Positions 48,045-56,510 of a stretch of DNA of 64,000 nucleotides are shown here, piece after piece. Position 1 is the first letter of the stretch. Every line of letters starts with the position of its first letter. The DNA lies in the NCBI GenBank assembly GCA_041662205.1, contig JBAZSZ010000002.1, forward strand, positions 27,957 through 91,956, written 5' to 3'. Both the position numbers and the translations under genes were made by a program. The notes beneath the pieces are model-generated. The model saw only the letters and a program-made list of their open reading frames with translations, had not been told where the DNA came from and searched no databases. This DNA is from Minisyncoccota bacterium. GTDB taxonomy: Bacteria; Patescibacteriota; Minisyncoccia; Phycocordibacterales; UBA9973.

Positions 48045-48153
48045 TGGCGTCTCCTCTTTTTAAATTGTTTTTAGTTTCAGGAACAAATAGCCAAAAATAC
48101 TTTACTATAAAAGTACGATATTGTAAATAAATACTAGATATTCTAGGGATTAT

Positions 48154-48825
48154 TCAAAAAGCCTCAAGTAAAAACTGCTCAAAGGCAGACTCGGCATCAA
48201 TACCTTTTTTGCGGGCTTCAGGGAGAAGATAAGAAATACGAGAAGCAAAAGTTTTGAGTTGCTCGGGTGAAAATTTATTAAAATTATTTTTTAAAAGCAT
48301 ATCTTTGATTTTCCAGAAAAGCACACCAATAATTTCTTCCATAATTACTCCGGCATCCATCGCTTGTCTGAAATAAATCCAAGTATTTAATTTGTCTTTA
48401 TTCGCAAAAGCATTGGCTACTAAAAAATTATCAAATTTCTCCAACTTTACTTTTGGTAATTCAAAAATATTGAGCTGAACTTTTTTTGACCCAACTTTTT
48501 TAAAAGCATCAAGTATTGGCTTATTTAACTTCCCTTCTAAAAATATAAAAAGATTATCCGACTCAGCCATTTGTTTTAATTTATCTAAAACAAAATCTCT
48601 CGTTTCCTCATACTCAAGAATATTTTGAAAAACTACCACTGATAAAGCTGAGAAAAGACTGGCTCCGGAATAAAAGCTCTCTATTTGGATAGGATTAAAA
48701 TCATTTCTATTTATAAAAAAAATCTCCGAAGAAAGTATCCCTGCCTGTTCAGGTAGAACTTTTATGAATTTTTCATAATTTAAAATTTTATTTTTAGAGT
48801 CATCTCCAGAAAAAAGGTATAACAT
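48154..48825 (-). CDS. Possible DNA polymerase III delta subunit (HolA-like), short
   Basis: The N-terminus MLYLFSGDD resembles the HolA YLLYGED start, and the gene sits next to polA. The assignment is weak. Confidence 0.3.
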   Translation of the reverse strand: MLYLFSGDDSKNKILNYEKFIKVLPEQAGILSSEIFFINRNDFNPIQIESFYSGASLFSALSVVVFQNILEYEETRDFVLDKLKQMAESDNLFIFLEGKLNKPILDAFKKVGSKKVQLNIFELPKVKLEKFDNFLVANAFANKDKLNTWIYFRQAMDAGVIMEEIIGVLFWKIKDMLLKNNFNKFSPEQLKTFASRISYLLPEARKKGIDAESAFEQFLLEAF

Positions 48826-48846
48826 AAATATTCAACAAAAAAATGA

Positions 48847-49338
48847 TTAAAGTTTGACAGACTTTATGTACTCTAAATAAGGCTCTCCGTATTTCGCAGT
48901 TAGAATTTTTTCTTCTTTTTCTAAAAAGGCAAACTTTACTACTAAAGAAGAAATGAGCGCAAAAAAAATAACAAAAAAAGAATTCGCTATAATACCGAAT
49001 CCCACTACCATCAGAAAAATTCCAAGATTGGTTGGATTTCTAACATAATGATAAGGTCCATGGGAAAAAGATTCTTTTGTGATATTTTCATCAGGTAAAT
49101 GATGTGAAGTATATTGTGCCCAAAATATCAACGCACTACCGAATATCAAAAAAACAACACCAGCCCCTGTCAACAACGTAGAATCTGTAAAAATTTTAAT
49201 ACTAAATACTATATCTAAAAAAACAGCAAATAAAAATAAAACGAGCTGGGTAGCGTGTGAATGCGCTAAAATTTTGTGTATATTTTGTTTTTGAATACTG
49301 TCTTTATTATTGCTTTCCATATTTATACTATAACACAA
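48847..49338 (-). CDS. Isoprenylcysteine carboxyl methyltransferase / phospholipid methyltransferase family membrane protein
   Basis: GPYHYVRNPTNLGIFLMVVGFGI resembles the ICMT/PEMT motif. About four TM helices. Confidence 0.6.
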   Translation of the reverse strand: MCYSINMESNNKDSIQKQNIHKILAHSHATQLVLFLFAVFLDIVFSIKIFTDSTLLTGAGVVFLIFGSALIFWAQYTSHHLPDENITKESFSHGPYHYVRNPTNLGIFLMVVGFGIIANSFFVIFFALISSLVVKFAFLEKEEKILTAKYGEPYLEYIKSVKL

Positions 49339-49343
49339 TTATA

Positions 49344-51818
49344 TCATTTTACTTCCTGTAGATTGTCTCCAAAACCATAGTGTACTTCTAATGGAATGTC
49401 CGTTTTATAATGTAAATATGATTTTTGCAACACTCCCTCCATGGCCTCTTTTATTATTTTTTCAGCTTTTACTAATACACTTTCTTCCACTTCGTAAACT
49501 AATTCATCGTGGATTTGAAGTATTAAATGAACACTCTCTAATAAACCAGCTTCTTTCAGACCTTCTTCTGCATACCTGATAGCTAATTTAATAATGTCGG
49601 CTGCTGTTCCTTGGAGGGGGGCATTGGTCGCAGTCCGCTCTGCCATGTTTTTCAAAAATGGAATTCTGGAATTTATATTTGGGAAATTTCGGCATCTACC
49701 AAATAAAGTTTCAGTATAAGAATTTTTTAATACGAACTTTTTTACTTCTTCTAGATAATCCCGTACACCAGAAAATTGATTAAAATAATTATCATAGAAC
49801 TTTTGTGCCTCTTCGCGTGTTCCACCTAAGTTTTTTCTTAAAGCAGAAACTCCCATACCATAAATAATTCCAAAATTTATAACTTTGGCTTTACGTCGCA
49901 TTTCTTTGTCCACTTTTTCTATCGGTACACCGAAAACAAATGAAGCCACTCCCGCATGAATATCTTTTTTCTCATAAAAAACTTGGGTCATTTTTTTATC
50001 CCCTGAAAGCATTGCCGCTACCCGTAATTCAATCTGGCTATAGTCAAAAGCAACGAGCTTAAAACCTTTTGGTGCAATAAAACCACCTCGGATTCTCCTA
50101 CCAAGCTCTGTTTTAATTGGTAAATTTTGTAAATTAGGATCCTGTGAGGCAAACCTTCCCGTCGTGGTGCCATTTTGTAAAAATTTAGCATGTAAACGAT
50201 TACCAGCGTCTACCATTTTGGGTATAACATCAATATAAGTAGAGAGTAATTTTTGCAACTCTCGATAAAATAATATTTCTTTTATAATTGGATTTTCTTC
50301 TTCTAATTCTTCCAATACTGACACCTTGGTAGAAAATCCACCACTCGCATTTTTCTTTATTTTGTTTTTCCCTGGTGCTTTCATTCCCATTTTGCCAAAA
50401 AGCACTTCTCCTAATTGTTTAGGTGAATTTATATTAAATTCTGTGCCTGCTTGCTCATATATTTTTTTAGTCAAAATATCTAATTCTGTATGATATTCAA
50501 CTGACAATTTTTCAAAATATTTTTTATCTATTAAAATTCCATAATCTTCCATCTCTTTTACTATAGGAATAATAGGTTTTTCTATTTCTTCATAAACTTT
50601 TTCTAAATTATTTTCTTTTAATTTTTTGAAAATATATTCATAAGCTGTTTCAAAAGAGTTCGTGTGAGTAAAAAATAAAATATCTTCCAAATTTGGATTT
50701 GGAAGATCAGAATTAATGAGCCAGAGAGCGATACTAGCTTCTTGAAGTTTTTGTGGGTCTACGTTAGAAGAAGACTCCAGAGAATTTTTGAGCTGGTCTG
50801 GTTGAGCCCGCTCATTCAAAGAATCCTGTGCGGGCGACCCGAGGACCCGAGAAAATTCTGCTGGAGTCTTCTTCTCACCATTCTCAAAAAAATTTTTCAG
50901 CCGTGTTAATAAACTTCTAAATTCAAAAGTTGAAAAAACTTGTTCAATTTTTTTAAAATCTACACTTTCCCAAAAAGTTTTTGACGGCATTGTAAAATCT
51001 ATTGGTGTATCGGTTCTGATGGTCGCCAAAATCTTTGAAAACAAAGCTTCTTCTTCGTTGTGTTTAAGTAATTCAATCATCCTAGGACTGATGCCCGCTT
51101 TTTTAAAAATTTCTTCATCTTGTTTAATTTTTTTGTAAATTTCTTCAATAGTTCCAAATTTTGAAATTAAAATTTCAGCTGTTTTTTCACCAACTCCTTT
51201 TATGCCAATAATATTATCTGAAGGGTCTCCACGTAGGCCTTTATAGTCCGGTAAAAGTTTCGGCTTAAAATGAAACCGATTTACCATGGCATCTTCATCA
51301 TATAAAATAGTATCGTTGATTCCCTTTTTCAAAGTGTAAACCTGTACTTTTTTACCATCTACCAATTGCATAGTATCCATATCACCTGAGGCAATAATAA
51401 TTTTTATATTTTTATCTTTTTTATATTTCTCCACAATTGTTCCCAAAACATCATCCGCTTCAAAGCCAGGCGCATCATATATCGGTATGTCAAAAGCCTC
51501 AAAAATCTGACGGGAGTTTTTTAATTGAATTATTAAGGCATCCTCTGTCTTTGCTCGGCCTGCCTTGTATCCATCATGAGCTTCATGTCTAAAAGTTTTT
51601 TGGGGTAGGTCATAACAAGCCACAATATAATCTGGCTTTAATTCGGTAATTATTTTCATCAACATACTAGAAAGTCCATACAACGCTCCTGTCGGCTCAC
51701 CCGAAGATGACAGAAACTCTGGTAAGGCATGATACGCGCGGTGGATTATGGCATGGGCATCTAGTAATACTAAAGTTTTACTATTATTTATGTCACTATT
51801 TATTTTGGTTTTTGGCAT
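49344..51818 (-). CDS. polA: DNA polymerase I (5'-3' exonuclease plus polymerase; the 3'-5' exonuclease region is replaced by a linker)
   Basis: N-terminal 5'-nuclease fold, then polymerase motifs DYSQIELR (A), RRKAKVINFGIIYG (B) and QIHDELV (C). Confidence 0.95.
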   Translation of the reverse strand: MPKTKINSDINNSKTLVLLDAHAIIHRAYHALPEFLSSSGEPTGALYGLSSMLMKIITELKPDYIVACYDLPQKTFRHEAHDGYKAGRAKTEDALIIQLKNSRQIFEAFDIPIYDAPGFEADDVLGTIVEKYKKDKNIKIIIASGDMDTMQLVDGKKVQVYTLKKGINDTILYDEDAMVNRFHFKPKLLPDYKGLRGDPSDNIIGIKGVGEKTAEILISKFGTIEEIYKKIKQDEEIFKKAGISPRMIELLKHNEEEALFSKILATIRTDTPIDFTMPSKTFWESVDFKKIEQVFSTFEFRSLLTRLKNFFENGEKKTPAEFSRVLGSPAQDSLNERAQPDQLKNSLESSSNVDPQKLQEASIALWLINSDLPNPNLEDILFFTHTNSFETAYEYIFKKLKENNLEKVYEEIEKPIIPIVKEMEDYGILIDKKYFEKLSVEYHTELDILTKKIYEQAGTEFNINSPKQLGEVLFGKMGMKAPGKNKIKKNASGGFSTKVSVLEELEEENPIIKEILFYRELQKLLSTYIDVIPKMVDAGNRLHAKFLQNGTTTGRFASQDPNLQNLPIKTELGRRIRGGFIAPKGFKLVAFDYSQIELRVAAMLSGDKKMTQVFYEKKDIHAGVASFVFGVPIEKVDKEMRRKAKVINFGIIYGMGVSALRKNLGGTREEAQKFYDNYFNQFSGVRDYLEEVKKFVLKNSYTETLFGRCRNFPNINSRIPFLKNMAERTATNAPLQGTAADIIKLAIRYAEEGLKEAGLLESVHLILQIHDELVYEVEESVLVKAEKIIKEAMEGVLQKSYLHYKTDIPLEVHYGFGDNLQEVK
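50767..50875. repeat. ~109-bp palindromic element inserted in frame in the polA interdomain linker
   Basis: Arms gaagaagactccagagaatttt and aaaattctgctggagtcttcttc are inverted with one indel. The GC-rich core has a nested gcccgc/gcgggc inverted repeat. It encodes GEKKTPAEFSRVLGSPAQDSLNERAQPDQLKNSLESSS. Confidence 0.6.
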
Positions 51819-51855
51819 TGTATAAATTATACCATTTAGGATATACTTTAATATA

Positions 51856-53553
51856 ATGGCTTTATTTGATGAAGAAAAACAAAATAAACAATTAGATGAA
51901 TTGCATAAACAAGAAGAAGAGCAATTAGTAGCAACACTAGCAGAATCAAAATACGGCTTACCTTATATTGATCTTTCTCGTTTGGGAATAGACAATGAAG
52001 CGCTTCGTGCCATATCTGAAAAAGATTCTAGAGAACTAAAGATAGCGCCTTTTAAACTTTTTGGAAAAAATATTTTTGTGGCCCTGCATTCCCCCACCGA
52101 TGATCTAATAAAAAGATTAAAGGATGATCTAGAAAGACATAACCTCGTGCCGACTTTTTATATGGCATCTACCGCTAGTATAAATAAAGTCTGGGAAAGA
52201 TATAAAGAACTTTCAATGGCGGAAAATTCTATCGTTGGGGGAATAGATATTTCTGGGGAAATCTTGAGAGAAACTTCAAAAAAAATAGATAAAATGCAGG
52301 ATATCCAGAAAATGGTTACCGAAGCGTTAGAAGGAAATAAAATTCATAAAATTTCTCGTCTGCTTGAAATAATTTTAGCCGGCGCAATTGCTATAAAAGC
52401 CTCTGATATCCACATCGAGCCAGAACAAAACAGGGGTAGATTAAGATTGCGTCTTGATGGAATACTTCAAGATATAAACTTTTTTGGATTGGATGTTTAT
52501 CATCTACTTAATTCTCGCATTAAATTATTAGCTGGGATGAAGCTAACATCCAAGATAGCCCAAGACGGGCGTTTTAGTATTGTTGAAGATAAAGAAGAAA
52601 TAAATATTCGTGCTTCTCTTATTCCTGGTGCATATGGGGAATCAATAGTAATGCGTATTTTGGATCCAAAATCCATCCAAGTAAAACTCGAAGAGATAGG
52701 AATAGAACCTTTCCTTTTTTCTATTATCCAAGAAGAAATTGCAAAACCAAATGGACTTATTTTAGTCACTGGACCGACTGGTTCCGGAAAAACCACTACT
52801 CTTTATGCATTTCTTCGAAAAATTTACTCTCCGGAAATAAAAATAATAACCATCGAAGACCCAGTCGAATATCATTTACCCGGAGTAACTCAAACCCAAA
52901 CCAATGAAGAGAAAGGTTACACTTTTGTCGAGGGCTTACGTTCTGCTCTACGCCAAGACCCAGATGTCGTAATGGTTGGAGAAATTCGTGACAAAGAAAC
53001 CGCTGAGATCGCCGTCCAATCAGCACTCACTGGGCATATAGTTTTCTCTACTTTACATACTAACAATGCAGCTGGGGTCATCCCCCGTCTAATTGACCTT
53101 GGGGTAAATCCTAAAATATTAGTTTCTGCTTTATCTCTTTCTATCGCTCAACGATTGGTTCGCAAATTGTGTGCTTTTTGTAAAAAAGAAAAAGTACCTA
53201 CTGAAGAAGAACTAAAAACTATTAAATTAGTTATGGAAAGTATAAAAAATGAAGGAAAAAGTCTTTCTAATTATAATATAAATCCGGATGCACCGATAAA
53301 ATTATTTTCAATTACAGGTTGTGACAAATGCAATATGACTGGTTATAAAGGACGCATTGGTATTTTTGAAGCAATAAAAACTGATGAAACTATTGAAAAA
53401 ATAATGCCTGAAAATCCAAGCGAAAGAGAAATAAAAAAAGTAGCAAGTACCCAAGGAATACTTTCTATGCGCCAAGATGGCATTGTTAAAATAATAAACG
53501 GTATTACTTCTTTTGAAGAAGTGCAAAGCGTGGTTGACTTGAAAGAGGAATAA
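51856..53553 (+). CDS. pilB: Type IV pilus / type II secretion assembly ATPase (PilB/GspE family)
   Basis: N-terminal MshEN-like domain, Walker A GPTGSGKTTT, Asp/His boxes and a CxxC...CxxC tetracysteine motif. Confidence 0.9.
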   Translation: MALFDEEKQNKQLDELHKQEEEQLVATLAESKYGLPYIDLSRLGIDNEALRAISEKDSRELKIAPFKLFGKNIFVALHSPTDDLIKRLKDDLERHNLVPTFYMASTASINKVWERYKELSMAENSIVGGIDISGEILRETSKKIDKMQDIQKMVTEALEGNKIHKISRLLEIILAGAIAIKASDIHIEPEQNRGRLRLRLDGILQDINFFGLDVYHLLNSRIKLLAGMKLTSKIAQDGRFSIVEDKEEINIRASLIPGAYGESIVMRILDPKSIQVKLEEIGIEPFLFSIIQEEIAKPNGLILVTGPTGSGKTTTLYAFLRKIYSPEIKIITIEDPVEYHLPGVTQTQTNEEKGYTFVEGLRSALRQDPDVVMVGEIRDKETAEIAVQSALTGHIVFSTLHTNNAAGVIPRLIDLGVNPKILVSALSLSIAQRLVRKLCAFCKKEKVPTEEELKTIKLVMESIKNEGKSLSNYNINPDAPIKLFSITGCDKCNMTGYKGRIGIFEAIKTDETIEKIMPENPSEREIKKVASTQGILSMRQDGIVKIINGITSFEEVQSVVDLKEE

Positions 53554-53586
53554 GATGTACCTTGTTTGTTGAAATAAAAAAAGATG

Positions 53587-53760
53587 ACTAGCAACACCGT
53601 AGAATGTTGCTAGTCAAGATGGCAGAGAGCTAAGAGCTCTCTGCCGGGGGAGGGATTTTTTTCTTTTTTTTCTTTTTTTTCTTGGGAGGTTTTTTCTCCC
53701 AATTTAATGGTCCGTTGCACATAATGGACCACCTCCTTTTTTCTTTTAAAATTTAAAAAC
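53587..53760 (+). terminator. Four tandem strong hairpins with T-runs downstream of pilB
   Basis: gactagcaaca..tgttgctagtc (11 bp), ggcagagagct-aag-agctctctgcc (11 bp) followed by a T-run, ttgggag..ctcccaa, and ggtcc..ggacc followed by a T-run. Confidence 0.5.
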
Positions 53761-53855
53761 TATTTCTTTTAAGATAATACTATTATGTTTGAAAAAGTAA
53801 ATAGGAAATATAGAGTACTATATTTCGACGGCACTCGGACATTAAACAAATAAAT

Positions 53856-53890
53856 TTGTTTATGCTCCTCGTTTGTCGAAATAAAAAAAG
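53856..53890 (+). promoter_or_regulatory. Copy c of the promoter-like motif (TTGTTT-atgCTCCTCGTTTgtcga-AATAAA)
   Basis: Shares 19 contiguous nt (ttgtttatgctcctcgttt) with copy a. Confidence 0.3.
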
Positions 53891-54217
53891 CATTAATCTC
53901 TAAACAATCCTTTCAGAGCTGAGCTCCAAAAGTAATAAAATATTATAGGATAGCCCCAGAAACTAATAAAAGCTCCAAAACGTCCTATGCAAATTCATAT
54001 AACCTATGGCTGATTGCTTAGAGATTAATGCCTTATTTAAATATCAATAAAAAACTTCTAACAATATTATACTATATGCTAAAGCAAGCAAATGCTATAA
54101 TGTTGATAGCTATGTTGATACCCTGTTGATAAATGTACTACATATACAACATAGCATATAAAAAAATTAATGTCAACCCCCATCATTAGTAAATGATAGA
54201 TTTAACAAAAAACCCTT

Positions 54218-55243
54218 ATGAAAAAAGACAAAGAACAAGATAAGAAAAAAGAAACAACGGATAATTCATTTCTAGATCAAACTCTCCGTCCTACCAAATG
54301 GAATGAATATATCGGTCAAAAACACATAAAAGACAACGTTAAAATCTTGCTACGGGCAGCTCTTGAACGTGGACATATTCCTGAACACATTCTTTTTTAT
54401 GGACCTCCTGGATTAGGAAAAACTACTTTGGCACACTTAATCGCCAAAGAAACGGGCAGACAAATGAAAATCACTTCTGGACCAGCAATTGAAAAAGTGG
54501 GTGACCTAGCTTCTATCCTGACGAATCTAGCTTCCGGTGACATTCTTTTTATAGATGAAATTCATCGACTCAATAAAATGGTTGAAGAAATACTCTACCC
54601 TGCTATGGAGTCTGGGGTTTTAGATATTATTATCGGTAAGGGTCCCTCTGCGCGCACCATCCAGCTCGACCTACCACCCTTTACTTTGATAGCTGCCACT
54701 ACTCGAGTAGCGATGGTTTCCTCCCCGCTTCGTTCCCGTTTCTCTGGCGGAGTTTTTCGCTTGGAATTTTATTCCAATGAAGAAATTGGAGAAATTGTAA
54801 AAAGATCAAGTGATCTTTTGAAAATAACTTTAGAAGAAGATGCCTTAAAAGAAATCGCTAAAAGAAGTAGATTCACCCCTCGTACAGCAAATTATTTTTT
54901 GAAGCGTTGTCGTGATTTTGCTCAAGTAAGTAAAAAAAATTTAGATAAAAAAACAATTAGAGAAGCTCTCGACATGCTCGCGATCGATGACATTGGTTTA
55001 AATTCTTCAGATAGAAAGTTTTTAGAAATATTAATTGAAAAATTTGGTGGCGGGCCTGTAGGATTAAAAACTGTCGCTGCAGCGATGTCAGAAGAAGAAG
55101 CAACCGTAGAAGAAGTGATAGAACCATATTTAATCCAACTTGGCTTATTAGAACGCACTGCTCGCGGAAGAATAGCTACAAAGAAAGCATATGTACATTT
55201 AGATTTTCAGTTACCTGAAGAAAAACAAAGTAAATTAATCTAG
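54218..55243 (+). CDS. ruvB: Holliday junction DNA helicase RuvB
   Basis: AAA+ Walker A GPPGLGKTTLA, Walker B ILFIDEIHRL and a winged-helix C-terminus. Confidence 0.95.
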   Translation: MKKDKEQDKKKETTDNSFLDQTLRPTKWNEYIGQKHIKDNVKILLRAALERGHIPEHILFYGPPGLGKTTLAHLIAKETGRQMKITSGPAIEKVGDLASILTNLASGDILFIDEIHRLNKMVEEILYPAMESGVLDIIIGKGPSARTIQLDLPPFTLIAATTRVAMVSSPLRSRFSGGVFRLEFYSNEEIGEIVKRSSDLLKITLEEDALKEIAKRSRFTPRTANYFLKRCRDFAQVSKKNLDKKTIREALDMLAIDDIGLNSSDRKFLEILIEKFGGGPVGLKTVAAAMSEEEATVEEVIEPYLIQLGLLERTARGRIATKKAYVHLDFQLPEEKQSKLI

Positions 55244-55265
55244 GCAAGGCCTAGATAAAAATATT

Positions 55266-55772
55266 ATGAGAATTTTAGGAATAGATCCAGGATATGAGAG
55301 GTTGGGAATTGCTGTACTAGACCCCGTCACTCATGAGCGACGGGGTGAAAAACAACACACCGTTGTTTTTTCTAAATGTTTTAAAACTTCAGCTAAATTA
55401 GAATTCAATGAAAGATTGAAATTAATCGGTGAGGAAGTAAAAAAAATAATAAAAAAATATAAACCAGAAGTTTTAGCTATTGAAACTTTATTTTTAAATA
55501 CTAATCATAAGACTGTTATGAAAGTCGCCGAAGCACGAGGAGTAGTGATTTACGAAGCCTCCTGCGCGAGGCTTGAAATATTTGAAGCTTCTCCTCCCCA
55601 AATAAAAATAGCCACTACTGGTTATGGTAAAGCCAATAAAGAACAAATAATCAAAATGGTAAAAATTTTAGTGGATATGAATAATAAAATTTCCCCGCTG
55701 GGGCGGGAATCTGATGATGAACTAGACGCTATCGCAATAGCACTGACGGCTTCTGCTTGTATGAGACCTTGA
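55266..55772 (+). CDS. ruvC: Crossover junction endodeoxyribonuclease RuvC
   Basis: MRILGIDPGYERLGIAVLD has the catalytic Asp, and the protein has an RNase-H-like fold. Confidence 0.9.
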   Translation: MRILGIDPGYERLGIAVLDPVTHERRGEKQHTVVFSKCFKTSAKLEFNERLKLIGEEVKKIIKKYKPEVLAIETLFLNTNHKTVMKVAEARGVVIYEASCARLEIFEASPPQIKIATTGYGKANKEQIIKMVKILVDMNNKISPLGRESDDELDAIAIALTASACMRP

Positions 55773-56483
55773 GATAATGTTCATCAACCTAGAAAAGTTT
55801 TAAAATGCAGAATCATTGCTATAAAAATAGAAAAAATGTTATTTCTATTTACTTTTTTACCTTTTATCACTAAACCGCTACCAGTAATTATCAAAAAGGC
55901 ATTACATTTTTTACAAGAAAAATCATCAAAATCGTGCGGATATTGAATCTTACATTTACTAAAATAAATCATTTTGAAAAATTTCGGGTTGAATAAACAA
56001 AATACCGCCTTGTCGGCGGGAAAACCTCATGAATAATCCTCAAATAGAGAACAAAGAAACACAAGATCTATTTTTTATTTTAATTTAACAACTTAATAAG
56101 GTTAATTTATAATTTTTAATTATCTTTTATTGCTCTCGTAAATTCCGTCTACATATAATAACAAATTTTTTTTAAAAACAAAAGAAAAGATAAAATATTC
56201 TTTTTAATTATATTATTTCTGCTTTTTTGTGATAAATTACAATATTATTTAGAGTTATCCACACTTGCTATTGCCAAGCTTTTTATATTTTGATACAAAG
56301 TAGGCATTAGTAGTTTATTTAATATAAAAATAAATTTTTATGTATGATGAGGATGAAGAAATAAAAGATAATTTTAAGTTTGGGGTAGATGAGGACGAAC
56401 CTTTAGATATGTTGGACGAAATAAATGATTTTGGTTTAGACGAAGAAGACCCGGATAGAGATGGATAGTGTTGTAAAGTAAAA

Positions 56484-56510
56484 ATCCGCCGTGAGTGGCG
56501 GATTTTTTTA
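56484..56510. terminator. Bidirectional terminator downstream of tyrS
   Basis: aaaatccgccgtgagtggcggattttttt. Confidence 0.6.

Noticed and set aside
53720-53745. ggaccacctccttttt, which resembles the 16S rRNA 3' end (anti-SD)
   Set aside because: It is an isolated 10-nt similarity with no flanking rRNA sequence. It forms the 3' side of a terminator hairpin followed by a T-run.
55300-55345. Short inverted repeat (ccccgtc...gacgggg) in ruvC as another in-frame palindromic element
   Set aside because: Its arms are only 7 bp, and any putative insert is at most 12 aa. That is below what I can distinguish from ordinary lineage variation in RuvC.
55784-55972. 62-aa minus-strand ORF after ruvC
   Set aside because: It has no RBS and no motif. 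Its hydrophobic and Cys content is typical of random AT-rich ORFs. Very low confidence, so it is not listed as a feature.
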